Shown here piece after piece: positions 23,866 through 34,165 of a DNA stretch of 64,000 nucleotides. The notes under the pieces are model-generated. The model was not told the DNA's origin. It made no database searches and was given only the letters and a program-made list of their open reading frames with translations. Source of the DNA: Synechococcus sp. (lineage in GTDB: Bacteria > Cyanobacteriota > Cyanobacteriia > PCC-6307 > Cyanobiaceae). Location of the stretch: NCBI GenBank assembly GCA_047284725.1, contig JBJBEO010000001.1, positions 2,392,203 through 2,456,202 on the forward strand, given 5' to 3'. Positions within the stretch are counted from its first letter, which is position 1, and the number at the start of each line of letters is the position of its first letter. Both the position numbers and the translations under genes were made by a program.

Positions 23866-24783
23866 GTGGAAGGGGATGTTCAGCAGGAGTACCTCGCGGC
23901 TGAACAGGCCTACGGCGAGGGGGACTTCGACCAGGCCGAAGCGATCGCCAGCGCCTTGTTAAGCCGTCTCGACATCACCACAAGCAGCGGCGCCGAAGAG
24001 GAGGCCTGTCTGGCCTGGAGGGCCTTCGTGGCTCTCTTGCTCGGCCACATCTATTTCCACGGACTCCATCAGCCCAACACCGCTGAAGAGCACTACCAGC
24101 TCGTACTGGCCAGCCGCCCCCCTGACACCCTGAGGGATCTAGCGCAACAAGGTGTGGAGCGCTGCAGAGCCTTGGCGGATCAAGGCCTCTCTAATGATCC
24201 CGTCTCCGGTGGCAGCTCAGAAGAGGTGGATGGCGCATCGATGATCAGTGCACCACCCACCAGTGCACGGGACAACAACTCAGGAATGGATGCGGTGCCA
24301 ACGCTGGATCAGGGCCTGATTCAAGATCCGTTCCTCAGCAGCGTCAGCGGCACCACAACCCCCGTCCCAGCAACACATGATTCAGCCGCCCCTTGGCTGC
24401 AGAGTGAGGCGCAGTCAGCCAGCGACGGGGACGACAACGAGTCCATCGCTGATGCCCCCGTCGATTCCCCTGAGTCGTCTGCAGCCACGTTGATTGAATC
24501 AGCAACGACGGAAGTCCAGGTTGTCGACGCCAGCGACGTTGCAGTCGCATCATCAGCGACAACGACTGACGCCGATCCCACTGACGACGATGGAACTCCA
24601 CCGCTCAACAACGTCGTGACCCTCACAAGCGTTGAACCAGACGAGGCTCACACCCCAGCACCGGAAGCAGCACCACAGGCAGGCGTTGAAGACTTGCCAT
24701 CGGAGCAGCCTGCGATGGCAGTTGAGCCCCTCGACCTCAGCCCCTGGTTGCTGCGACGCACCATCACATCCAACAAAGGTTGA
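23866..24783 (+). CDS. Hypothetical protein: TPR-like N-terminus, long acidic low-complexity C-terminus
   Basis: Helical repeats (AEQAYGEGDFDQAEAIA; LLGHIYF..AEEHYQ) then D/E/S/T/A/P-rich region; fills gap co-directionally. Confidence 0.7.
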   Translation: MEGDVQQEYLAAEQAYGEGDFDQAEAIASALLSRLDITTSSGAEEEACLAWRAFVALLLGHIYFHGLHQPNTAEEHYQLVLASRPPDTLRDLAQQGVERCRALADQGLSNDPVSGGSSEEVDGASMISAPPTSARDNNSGMDAVPTLDQGLIQDPFLSSVSGTTTPVPATHDSAAPWLQSEAQSASDGDDNESIADAPVDSPESSAATLIESATTEVQVVDASDVAVASSATTTDADPTDDDGTPPLNNVVTLTSVEPDEAHTPAPEAAPQAGVEDLPSEQPAMAVEPLDLSPWLLRRTITSNKG

Positions 24784-24838
24784 GCTGAAGGATTATTTAC
24801 AGAAACACTCTCTAATCTGCAGTCAACGGCAACTCATA

Positions 24839-25588
24839 GTGCTGGAGCCCACACTTCCTGATTTGGGGTTGATTCTGTCTTCGGAAGGCCTCCAATTGCT
24901 CAAGAGCCATGGGCTTTTGGAGTCACTGGTGGAACGAATGTTGATCACCGAGGTGACCAGCCAGGTCAGCCTCACTGATGAGCAGCGTCAGGCCGCCATC
25001 AGCGACCACCTGCGCAAAAACAACATCGCCTCTCCCGATGCGCTCGGCACCCAGATCGGAGCCAGCGGACTCACTGAAGCCGCCTTCTACGACAAGCTGT
25101 TGCGTCCAGCCCGTTTGGCGCGCGTTGCGCAAGAGCAATTCGGAGCGAAAGCCGAAGCTCGCTTTCTCGCCGAAAAGGGACGGCTCGATCGCGTGGTGTA
25201 CAGCCTGCTGCGTCTTCAGAGCGCGTCCCAGGCCCAGGAGCTTTATCTACGCATTGCCCACGGCGAAGCCAACTTCAGCGATCTGGCCGGCCTCTACTCC
25301 CAGGGGATGGAGCGCAACACCAACGGAGTGATCGGACCTGTACCACTCAACCAGGCCCATCCGACCCTGTCGGAAAAACTTCGGGCCGCCAAACCGGGGA
25401 TGTTGCTCGAGCCGTTCCGCATCGACCGTTGGTGGTTGGTGACCAGACTCGAGCGCTTCGCTCAGGCGAGCTTTGACGAAGGAATGGCAGCTCAGATGAG
25501 CATGGAGTTGCTGCAGGAATGGTTAAAAGACAAGACACGGCGCTGCATTCAGGCCCTCTCCATCAACACTGATAACGGTTCGAACTGA
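24839..25588 (+). CDS. PpiC/parvulin-type peptidyl-prolyl isomerase associated with T1SS
   Basis: RVVYSLLR, AQELYLRI, FSDLAGLYS, GVIGPV; start uncertain. Confidence 0.85.
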   Translation: MLEPTLPDLGLILSSEGLQLLKSHGLLESLVERMLITEVTSQVSLTDEQRQAAISDHLRKNNIASPDALGTQIGASGLTEAAFYDKLLRPARLARVAQEQFGAKAEARFLAEKGRLDRVVYSLLRLQSASQAQELYLRIAHGEANFSDLAGLYSQGMERNTNGVIGPVPLNQAHPTLSEKLRAAKPGMLLEPFRIDRWWLVTRLERFAQASFDEGMAAQMSMELLQEWLKDKTRRCIQALSINTDNGSN

Positions 25589-25590
25589 TC

Positions 25591-28560
25591 ATGAGCCAGT
25601 CCACCGTTGATCCATTGCTGCAGCACGAAGCCTTTCAAGGCCTGAGCGAAGCATCCAAAACGCGATTGCTCGATGGCGTTGAACTGCTCTCCTTTGATCT
25701 CGGCCAACAACTGGTCGAATCCAGCGTCATCCCAGGCCGGATCCTGATCCTGCTGGAAGGGCAGGCCCGCCTCGTGGGTAACGATTTGGGTCGCCTGGTC
25801 TCCCTTGGCAAATTCGGTCCTGGCGCCGTCCTGGGTGCAGCCAGCCTGCTCTGTGGGCGCAGCTGCGAAAACCTCATTGCCAGCGACGCCCTCAAGGCCG
25901 CGGCCATCAAGGATGAGCTGTGGGCTGAGCTCTATCAAAACGACCGCAGTTTCAAGCATTGGTGCGACAGCCAACTCTGGGGCCAAGAGGTGATTGCCCT
26001 CCTGCAGGATCTGCAACAAAGCAAGGCCCACGCAAGCAGCACATCGCTGCGGATGCTGCAGACAAGCCTGCGCGAAGCCCAACGGGTTGCCTTGGATGCT
26101 GATGCTCTGCACACAGCTGATGCCGACGGACGCCAGGTGTTTCTCGTCTCGGCATGGAACGGCAGCACCCCTGGCACAGCGGTGACGGCGACTTCGCTCC
26201 CACCTGAGAGCAATCCCTTCCCAGCCCGGATGATCAGTCTGCCCAAGGCTCTGGTGGAGGAGATCCTCAGCGACATCCCATCCAGGGCATCCGAACTGAG
26301 CGCAACAGACGCCATCAAGCGCGATGTCTCAGAGAGTGACCAACCCGGCAATCTCACCACCCTGCCAGCAGGACCGACGCCCGTCAGTCGCTTCGACCCG
26401 AATGGGGATGTGCTCGATCAACTGCGGCTGATCCGCGCTGAAGGCGTCCTTCAGGAAACCCTCGCCTGCTTCCAGATGCTGGCGCAGCTGATGAAACTGC
26501 CCGTGCGCCGTGACGCCATCGAGAAAGTGCTGCGCGAGACGAGTCGTCGGGGTCAAACACCTGACCTCCGACTCTGCGGCCAGATTGCAGCAGGCCTGGG
26601 GCTGCATGTCTCCGGAGCCAGGGTGGGGGCAGGCATGGGCACCCGGCTGCAAACACCAACGCTGATTCCCTGGGGCGAAAGCTTTGCGTTGGTGGCCCGC
26701 AGCAACCAGAACGGCCTGACCCTGGCCTCTCCCCGCGACGGCATCATTCACCTCAAGCCTGACCAGCTGGACGACACCTTTTCGGAAGGAATCGATCTCC
26801 TGCTGCTCGACCGCACCAACACCACCCCGAATGAGACCTTCGGGGCCTCCTGGTTCTGGCCTGCTCTGAAACGCCACAAAGGTGTGCTGATTCAGGTTCT
26901 GGTGGCGAGCTTCGTGGTGCAGCTGTTCAGCCTTGCCAACCCATTGCTGATTCAGGTGATCATCGACAAGGTGATCACCCAGCGCAGTCTCGACACCCTG
27001 CAGGTGCTGGGCATTGCCCTGGTGGTGGTCACCTTGCTGGAAGGCATCTTGGGCAGCCTCAAAACCTTCCTGTTCTCAGAAACCACCAATCGAATCGACC
27101 AACGTCTCGGAGCTGAGGTGATCGACCATCTCCTGCGCCTGCCCCTGGGCTATTTCGACAAGCGACCGGTGGGGGAGCTGGGCTCCCGCATCGGCGAATT
27201 GGAGAAAATCCGCAACTTCCTCACGGGCCAGGCCCTCACCACCCTGCTCGATGCCGCCTTCTCGGTGATTTACGTCGTTGTGATGGTTTTCTACAGCTGG
27301 CTGCTCACGTTGATCGCCCTGATCGTGCTGCCGATTCAGGTGGTTCTGACGCTGATCGGAGCCCCCCTGTTCCGGCGTCAGTACCGCCAAGCAGCGGAAG
27401 CCAACGCCAAAACGCAAAGCCATTTGGTGGAAGTGCTCACCGGCATCCAAACCGTGAAAAGCCAGAACGTGGAAATGGTGAGTCGTTTCTCCTGGCAGGA
27501 GCTCTACGAGAGCTACATCAACCGCTCGTTTGAAAAAACGATCAGTGGCACCGTGCTGAGTCAGACCTCCCAGGTCATGCAGAAGCTCTCACAGCTGATG
27601 GTGCTGTGGGTGGGTGCCACCCTGGTACTCAATGGAGATCTCACCCTCGGTCAGCTGATCGCCTTCCGCATCATCTCCGGCTATGTGACCCAACCGCTGC
27701 TCAGGCTGTCTTCAATCTGGCAAAACATTCAAGAGTTGAAGGTGAGTTTCGAGCGTCTGGCCGATGTGATCGACACACCGCAGGAGTCCAACGATGTGGA
27801 CAAAGCGAAGGTGCCGCTCCCTCCGATCGACGGTGCCGTCCACTTCGAAAACGTCAGCTTCCGTTTCCGGCCTGATGCACCACCGGTGCTGAAGGACGTG
27901 AATCTCAAGATCCAACCCGGCACCTTCGTGGGCATCGTGGGCCAGAGCGGCAGCGGCAAGAGCACGTTGATGAAGCTGCTGCCGCGGCTTTATGCCCCAC
28001 AGGAGGGTCGGATCCTGATCGATGGTTACGACATCGACAAAGTAGAGCTGTACTCACTACGGCGCCAGATCGGCATCGTGCCCCAGGATCCTCTGCTCTT
28101 TTCAGGCACGGTGAGCGAGAACATTGCTCTCACCCAGCCAGATGTGGGCAGTGACCAGATCGTGACGGCCGCCAAGTTGGCAGACGCCCACGACTTCATC
28201 ATGAATCTCCCCAGTGGCTACAGCACACCCGTGGGAGAGAGGGGTTCAGCCTTGAGCGGTGGCCAACGTCAACGCATCGCCATCGCCCGCACCCTGCTGA
28301 GCAACCCCAAATTGCTGGTGATGGACGAGGCCACCAGTGCCCTCGACTACGAGACCGAACGCCGGATGTGCAACAACCTGGTACATGGGTTAGGAGATTG
28401 CACACTGTTCTTCATCACCCACCGGTTAGCCACAGTGCGCCGAGCTGACCTGATCGTGGTGATGCATGCAGGGGTCGTTGCCGAAGTGGGCAACCACGAC
28501 GAACTGATGGCCAAACGTGGCCGGTACTACGCGCTCTACCGCCAACAGGAGGCCAACTGA
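25591..28560 (+). CDS. Type I secretion ABC transporter (HlyB family) with cNMP-binding and C39-like domains
   Basis: Walker A GQSGSGKS, LSGGQRQR, MDEATSALD, HlyB-type TM domain (IIDKV, RPVGEL). Confidence 0.93.
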   Translation: MSQSTVDPLLQHEAFQGLSEASKTRLLDGVELLSFDLGQQLVESSVIPGRILILLEGQARLVGNDLGRLVSLGKFGPGAVLGAASLLCGRSCENLIASDALKAAAIKDELWAELYQNDRSFKHWCDSQLWGQEVIALLQDLQQSKAHASSTSLRMLQTSLREAQRVALDADALHTADADGRQVFLVSAWNGSTPGTAVTATSLPPESNPFPARMISLPKALVEEILSDIPSRASELSATDAIKRDVSESDQPGNLTTLPAGPTPVSRFDPNGDVLDQLRLIRAEGVLQETLACFQMLAQLMKLPVRRDAIEKVLRETSRRGQTPDLRLCGQIAAGLGLHVSGARVGAGMGTRLQTPTLIPWGESFALVARSNQNGLTLASPRDGIIHLKPDQLDDTFSEGIDLLLLDRTNTTPNETFGASWFWPALKRHKGVLIQVLVASFVVQLFSLANPLLIQVIIDKVITQRSLDTLQVLGIALVVVTLLEGILGSLKTFLFSETTNRIDQRLGAEVIDHLLRLPLGYFDKRPVGELGSRIGELEKIRNFLTGQALTTLLDAAFSVIYVVVMVFYSWLLTLIALIVLPIQVVLTLIGAPLFRRQYRQAAEANAKTQSHLVEVLTGIQTVKSQNVEMVSRFSWQELYESYINRSFEKTISGTVLSQTSQVMQKLSQLMVLWVGATLVLNGDLTLGQLIAFRIISGYVTQPLLRLSSIWQNIQELKVSFERLADVIDTPQESNDVDKAKVPLPPIDGAVHFENVSFRFRPDAPPVLKDVNLKIQPGTFVGIVGQSGSGKSTLMKLLPRLYAPQEGRILIDGYDIDKVELYSLRRQIGIVPQDPLLFSGTVSENIALTQPDVGSDQIVTAAKLADAHDFIMNLPSGYSTPVGERGSALSGGQRQRIAIARTLLSNPKLLVMDEATSALDYETERRMCNNLVHGLGDCTLFFITHRLATVRRADLIVVMHAGVVAEVGNHDELMAKRGRYYALYRQQEAN

Positions 28561-28561
28561 G

Positions 28562-29788
28562 ATGGGCAAACTCGCGCACAACCCCGTTGGGGGTCTGATC
28601 CGCAAAGCGCAGGATCAACTTGAGCAGAGAGCAGGTTCTCTGAAGGGCAACAACAGCGTTCTGCAGCAGGATCGTGTCTGGTTGAAGGCGGTGACCTGGG
28701 GCCTGATCGGCACCACCGCCTTCGGCATCGGCTGGCTCGCCATTGCCCGCACGGAAGAAGTGGTGGTGGCACAGGGCAAACTTGAACCCGTGGGCAACGT
28801 GAAAGAACTCCGTGTTCCCACCGGTGGCGTGGTGGAGGAGATCCTCGTGAAGAATGGTGATCGCGTCAGCAAAGGCCAGGTGCTGATCAAACTCGATCAG
28901 GAAAGCAGTGGCGAGCAACTCAAGTCCCTGGAAAAAAGCGTCGCTGAAAAAAGAAGCCAGATCAGCCAAAAGCAGGAACAACTCACGCTCAAGCAACTGG
29001 AACGCCGACGCACGGTTGACCTCAACAACGCACAGCTGGACACCACCCGCGCCAACCTGGCCCTCGAACAGCAGATTCTGGATCGCCTGGCTGGACTCGC
29101 CCAGGAAGGAGCTGCTGCCGATATCCAATATCTGCAGCAACGAAACCGCGTTGCTGAGTTGAAGGGGCAGATCACCAAAGAAGAGCTCGATGGGCGCCGT
29201 CAGATCGCCCAGATCGATCAGCAAGTGGAGCAGCTCAACGCCGAGCTGGCCGGCCTACGCAGTGAACAGGCACAGCTTGAAGCCAATCGCACGGAAGTGA
29301 AGGTGACCAATCGGAACCAGCTACTGCGTGCGCCCGTCGATGGCATCGTGTTTGATCTCAAGCTGACCAACCCTGGCTTCGTCTCTCAGGATCAGTCAAC
29401 ACAAGCCGCCCTAAAAGTGGTGCCGTTCAACACGCTGGAAGCGGATGTGGAAATCCCCAGCAGCAAAATCGGCTTTGTTCGAAAAGGGCAAAACGCTGAG
29501 ATCAGCATTGATTCCTTCCCTGCCACAGATTTCGGCGTGTTGGAAGGGAGTGTGTCATCGGTGGGATCAGATGCCCTGGCCCCTGATGCCCAGAAGGGCC
29601 GGGATGAATATCGCTTCCCCGCCACAATCAAGCTCGATGCGCAGCAGCTCAAATTGAAGAACGGCACTTCGCTCCCCCTTCAGGTGGGGATGTCCCTCAC
29701 GGCCAACATCAAACTGCGCAGCGTCAGCTACCTTCAGCTCCTGCTTAATACATTCCGCAGTAAGACTGACTCATTGCGTCAGATCTGA
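28562..29788 (+). CDS. HlyD family membrane fusion protein
   Basis: N-terminal TM, lipoyl halves (GGVVEEILVKNGDRV; LRAPVDGIV), coiled coil, LQVGMSLTANI. Confidence 0.93.
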   Translation: MGKLAHNPVGGLIRKAQDQLEQRAGSLKGNNSVLQQDRVWLKAVTWGLIGTTAFGIGWLAIARTEEVVVAQGKLEPVGNVKELRVPTGGVVEEILVKNGDRVSKGQVLIKLDQESSGEQLKSLEKSVAEKRSQISQKQEQLTLKQLERRRTVDLNNAQLDTTRANLALEQQILDRLAGLAQEGAAADIQYLQQRNRVAELKGQITKEELDGRRQIAQIDQQVEQLNAELAGLRSEQAQLEANRTEVKVTNRNQLLRAPVDGIVFDLKLTNPGFVSQDQSTQAALKVVPFNTLEADVEIPSSKIGFVRKGQNAEISIDSFPATDFGVLEGSVSSVGSDALAPDAQKGRDEYRFPATIKLDAQQLKLKNGTSLPLQVGMSLTANIKLRSVSYLQLLLNTFRSKTDSLRQI

Positions 29789-29848
29789 ACAACGTTCTGG
29801 TCATGGCTCCTCGAAGCGAATGTCCAGGTGTTGATGCCGCCAATCAAA

Positions 29849-29878
29849 CAAAAGCACCGCCCGAAAGCGGTGCTTTTG
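29849..29878. terminator. Bidirectional intrinsic terminator between hlyD and rnj
   Basis: CAAAAGCACCGC-ccgaaa-GCGGTGCTTTTG hairpin between convergent genes. Confidence 0.85.
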
Positions 29879-29900
29879 ATCAACCACCTGGAAGACGGGT

Positions 29901-31958
29901 TCAGGCAGCCGCTGAACGGCGACGACGGGTGCGACCGGCGGGCATTTCCGGCTCAGGCTCAGGCTGGCTTCTGCTCACCACCTGGGATGGATCCGCAGCA
30001 GACTTCGAATTCGCTACAGGTGCAGCCTTCGAGGCGGCCGCAGACGCGGCAGCAGCGGCTCCAGCTCCAGGGGTGGTCACCACAACGCGGGCTGGAGCCT
30101 GATCCCGATCGCGACGACCACCATGACCGTGGCGGCCACCACCGCGACCACCACGGCCGCGAGGAGCCGGACGATCATCGGGCTCAGCATCGGCACGGCC
30201 TTTGTAAACGGGAGTGCCACCAGGGGCAGGCTGCACCAGGCAAAGGATCAGAGGCTCTACCTGGAGCTCACGGCGCATCCGCCTGCTCAGGCCGACTTCC
30301 ACCTCACGCTGCACACCCATCCAGTCGACTTCCGGTGCATTGCCACCCGTATTGCGGGTGAGTTGTTTCCACCGGTTTTCGAGGACCCACTTGATCTCAC
30401 GCTCTGTCCAGAGCGACATCTTGCGGGCATCGGCGGTGGTAACCACGCCGCGTAGGTTCACCCGAGGCGGCGCCACCATGGCGCCATCGGTACTGATGGC
30501 CGCGAGGATCGTGACCACGCCATCCTCAGCCAACTGCTGTCGCTCCTTGAGCACGCGCGCGTCGACGATGCCATTGCGGGACTGGTCCAAAAGTTCGATG
30601 CCGGCCTTCACAGGATCGCCCTTGCGGATCGACTCGGCTGTGAGCTCCACCACATCACCGTTGTCGATGATCAGGGTGTTGTCTTCCGGCACACCCATCG
30701 AGTGCCCCGTGCGGGCGTGCTGCACAAGCATGCGGTGCTCACCATGCACAGGCACGAAGAAGCGCGGCTTGGTGAGGGCCAGCATCAACTTCTGATCTTC
30801 CTGGAAGCCGTGACCAGACACGTGAATACCCTCACCTTTGCCATAAACGACCTTGGCCCCGAGCATCATCAGCCGGTCGATCGTGTTGACCACGGAGATG
30901 GTGTTGCCAGGAATGGGACTGGCGGAAAAGATAATCGTGTCGCTGGTTTTCACTTTGACCTGCGGATGCTCTCCGCGTGAAATACGGCTCAGGGCAGCTA
31001 GAGGCTCGCCTTGGCTGCCCGTCATCAGCAACAGCGTTTCGCGATCCGGAAGGTCATTGATCTGCTTGATCGGCACGAACAGATCGTCCGGAGCCCGCAT
31101 GTAGCCAAGCTCACGGGCCTTGGCGATCACATTCAGCATGGACCGACCAAGAAGGCCCACCTTGCGACCATTCTTGAGCGCCAACTCAAGAATCATCGCC
31201 ACACGGTGAATCGAGCTGGCAAAGGTGGTGATGATCACCCGGCCCTCAGCCTCGGCCATGTGGCGATCGAGGTTGGGGAACACGGAACGCTCTGGCGGAC
31301 AGAAGCCCGGCACCTCGGCATTGGTTGAGTCACTGAAGAGGCAAAGCACCCCCTGCTCACCGTGGTGGGCCAGACGGGCGATATCAAAATGCTCACCATC
31401 CACAGGCGTGTGGTCAAACTTGAAATCACCGGTGAAGATCACCGTACCCACTGGTGTGGTGATGGCCAGCGAAAAGCTGTCGGCCATCGAGTGGGTGTTG
31501 CGGATGAACTCCACAGAGAAGTGCTGACCCACCTTCACGACGTCGCGCGGTCCCACCGTCTGGAGAGTGGTCCGATCCGTCACACCGGCTTCGTCCATCT
31601 TTCCGGTCAGCATCGACAGAGCCAACCGGGGCCCATAGATCACGGGAATGTTGAAGTGCTTGAGGTGGTGGGCAATGCCACCGATGTGATCTTCATGGCC
31701 GTGGGTGACGATCATGCCTCGGATGCGCTTCTGGTTTTCGCGCAGGAAGCTGGTGTCCGGGAGCACAACGTTGACGCCATGCATGCCATCGCTGGGAAAC
31801 GCCAGGCCGGCATCCACCAACATCAAGTCGTCGCCGTACTCGAACACACAGGTGTTCTTGCCGATCTCATGCAGACCGCCAAGGGGAATCACCCGCAGGC
31901 AGGGCTCGTGACCGGCTTGACCTTGGCGTGAACGGTTGACAGATGAGATCGGGGTCAT
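29901..31958 (-). CDS. rnj: Ribonuclease J
   Basis: PLGGLHEIGKN, THGHEDHIG, TGDFK, TGSQGEP, HVSGH, PVHGE. Confidence 0.97.
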   Translation of the reverse strand: MTPISSVNRSRQGQAGHEPCLRVIPLGGLHEIGKNTCVFEYGDDLMLVDAGLAFPSDGMHGVNVVLPDTSFLRENQKRIRGMIVTHGHEDHIGGIAHHLKHFNIPVIYGPRLALSMLTGKMDEAGVTDRTTLQTVGPRDVVKVGQHFSVEFIRNTHSMADSFSLAITTPVGTVIFTGDFKFDHTPVDGEHFDIARLAHHGEQGVLCLFSDSTNAEVPGFCPPERSVFPNLDRHMAEAEGRVIITTFASSIHRVAMILELALKNGRKVGLLGRSMLNVIAKARELGYMRAPDDLFVPIKQINDLPDRETLLLMTGSQGEPLAALSRISRGEHPQVKVKTSDTIIFSASPIPGNTISVVNTIDRLMMLGAKVVYGKGEGIHVSGHGFQEDQKLMLALTKPRFFVPVHGEHRMLVQHARTGHSMGVPEDNTLIIDNGDVVELTAESIRKGDPVKAGIELLDQSRNGIVDARVLKERQQLAEDGVVTILAAISTDGAMVAPPRVNLRGVVTTADARKMSLWTEREIKWVLENRWKQLTRNTGGNAPEVDWMGVQREVEVGLSRRMRRELQVEPLILCLVQPAPGGTPVYKGRADAEPDDRPAPRGRGGRGGGRHGHGGRRDRDQAPARVVVTTPGAGAAAAASAAASKAAPVANSKSAADPSQVVSRSQPEPEPEMPAGRTRRRRSAAA

Positions 31959-32042
31959 GGAATCGCGTCGTTAAGTGAACAATCAGATCGGGCGCTGGCA
32001 GCGAAGCCGCTTGCCTCGCAACGCCTTTGGTCAGCCGTGGCG

Positions 32043-32951
32043 TCAGGTTTGACGCAAGGCGGCCAGGGTTTGGGAAAGGGTGTCGCGCATGGAAGGCTCA
32101 AGCGGTAGTAAAGGAAGACGGGGAGCTCCGACGGACCAGCCACTGAGTTCAAGAGCAGCTTTCACAGGAATCGGATTGGTCGTGGCGAACAGGGCCTTGC
32201 AGAGCGGAAGCAACATCTCGTGCAAGGCAAGGGCATCAGCGTGGCGTCCGGTGAAGAACGCCTCAATCATTGAACGCATCTGCGGGCCCGCCACATGGCT
32301 GGCCACGCTCACCACACCCACAGCGCCGACCGCAAGCATCGGCAAGGTGAGCGCATCGTCGCCGCTGTAGATCGCCAAGCGCGGACCGCAGGCCAATCGC
32401 AACTGACTGACCTCTTCGGTGGTGCCACTGGCGGCCTTGATGCTCACCACATTGGGGCAATCCATCAGTCGCGCAACTGTGGAGGGAGCCAGGCAACAGC
32501 CGGTACGACCCGGAATGTTGTAAAGCATTAACGGAAGGCTGGGAGCTGCTTCTGCCACAGCACGGAAGTGAGCTTCCAGGCCCGATTGCGGTGGCTTGTT
32601 GTAGTAGGGAACCACCACAAGCGCACCATCCGCTCCGGCGGCAGCGGCCTCCCGGGTCGCAGCCACCGCTTCGGCGGTGCTGTTGCTGCCGGTACCGGCC
32701 AACACCTTCACACCCGGCGCCACCGCTTCACGCACCGCAGCAAGAAGCTGCACCTGCTCATCCCAACTGAGAGTGGGCGACTCACCGGTGGTGCCACACA
32801 CGACGATGCCGTCGGAACCGTCTTGGGCCAGATGCTCAGCAAGCCGGGCCGCCAGCACCAGATCAACGCTGCCGTCAGCAGCGAATGGTGTGACCATGGC
32901 CGTGAGCACACGGCCGAAGGGCGTGGGTGATAACTGGGCGGATGAGCTCAT
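32043..32951 (-). CDS. dapA: 4-hydroxy-tetrahydrodipicolinate synthase
   Basis: [36 protein letters not shown]. Confidence 0.97.
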   Translation of the reverse strand: MSSSAQLSPTPFGRVLTAMVTPFAADGSVDLVLAARLAEHLAQDGSDGIVVCGTTGESPTLSWDEQVQLLAAVREAVAPGVKVLAGTGSNSTAEAVAATREAAAAGADGALVVVPYYNKPPQSGLEAHFRAVAEAAPSLPLMLYNIPGRTGCCLAPSTVARLMDCPNVVSIKAASGTTEEVSQLRLACGPRLAIYSGDDALTLPMLAVGAVGVVSVASHVAGPQMRSMIEAFFTGRHADALALHEMLLPLCKALFATTNPIPVKAALELSGWSVGAPRLPLLPLEPSMRDTLSQTLAALRQT

Positions 32952-32956
32952 CAAGA

Positions 32957-34000
32957 TCAGGAAGCAATCAGCAATTCGGCGATCTGGATCGCATTCAGCG
33001 CCGCACCTTTTCGAATCTGATCCCCGCAAAGCCAGAACTCGAGTGCGTTCGGCTCGCTGATGTCTTGACGGATCCGACCCACCGCCACGGGATCCCGACC
33101 GGTGACATCGGTGGGCATGGGGAAGCGGTTCTCGTCGCAACGATCGATCAACTCGACGCCAGGGGCATTCGCAAGAAGAGAGCGGGCCTCCTCCACGGGA
33201 AACGGTTCTTCGAACTCCACATTCACCGCTTCGGAATGGGCTCGCAACACCGGCACACGCACGCAAGTCGCACTGAAGCGCAGATCTGGTAGATCCATGA
33301 TCTTGCGGGTTTCATTCACCATCTTCATCTCTTCCTCGCAATAGCTGTTGGACTGCAATGGAGAGTTGTGGAGGAACAGATTGAAGGCCAGGGAGTGGGG
33401 AAGGATCTCGCTTTGCGGTGTACCGCCATTCAGCACCACTTGGCTGAGGTCGCGCAGTTCCTCCATGGCACGGGCGCCGGCGCCACTGGCGGATTGATAG
33501 GTGCTCACCACCACGCGACGCATTGGCCGTTTGGCGGCAAGGGGGGCCAGCGCCAGGGTGAGCAGGATCGTTGTGCAGTTGGGATTGGCAATCACGCCCT
33601 GGTGCGCAAACGCCGCATCAGGATTGACCTCGGGCACCACCAAAGGCACCCCGTCTTCCATCCGGAAGGCGCTGGAGTTATCCACCATCACGGCACCAGC
33701 AGCCGTAATCGTCTGACGCCACTGCTTCGAAACCGAACCACCAGCGGTAGCCAACACCAGATCCACACCGGCAAACGCGTCAGCACTCACTTCCTGAACG
33801 GTGAGCTGTTTCCCCTTCCAGGCCTGCCTTTGACCGGCGGAGCGAGCGGAGGCAAGCAAGCGCAGCTCACCAACAGGAAATTGCCGCTCGTCAAGCAATT
33901 TCAAAAGCTCCTGGCCCACCGCACCGCTCGCACCGAGAACAGCAACGGTGAGGGGTTGGGAAGGAAGAGAGCGGGCCTGGGACGGGGAGGGAATGGACAA
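32957..34000 (-). CDS. asd: Aspartate-semialdehyde dehydrogenase
   Basis: [41 protein letters not shown] start at 34000 is a guess. Confidence 0.96.
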   Translation of the reverse strand: MSIPSPSQARSLPSQPLTVAVLGASGAVGQELLKLLDERQFPVGELRLLASARSAGQRQAWKGKQLTVQEVSADAFAGVDLVLATAGGSVSKQWRQTITAAGAVMVDNSSAFRMEDGVPLVVPEVNPDAAFAHQGVIANPNCTTILLTLALAPLAAKRPMRRVVVSTYQSASGAGARAMEELRDLSQVVLNGGTPQSEILPHSLAFNLFLHNSPLQSNSYCEEEMKMVNETRKIMDLPDLRFSATCVRVPVLRAHSEAVNVEFEEPFPVEEARSLLANAPGVELIDRCDENRFPMPTDVTGRDPVAVGRIRQDISEPNALEFWLCGDQIRKGAALNAIQIAELLIAS

Positions 34001-34165
34001 ACGTGTGTCGCTGAAGCTGAGTAACGAATGCAGACGTTGTCTAGAAAGTGAAGGTGATCGCGACGCGGAGCTGGCGAAGCACCTGAGAAAACGCTTCAAC
34101 CACAATACGTTGCGAAGCCTGTGATGGCTCTTTCATAAAGTGGCTGGCTGCCCGTACAAGTTCTG

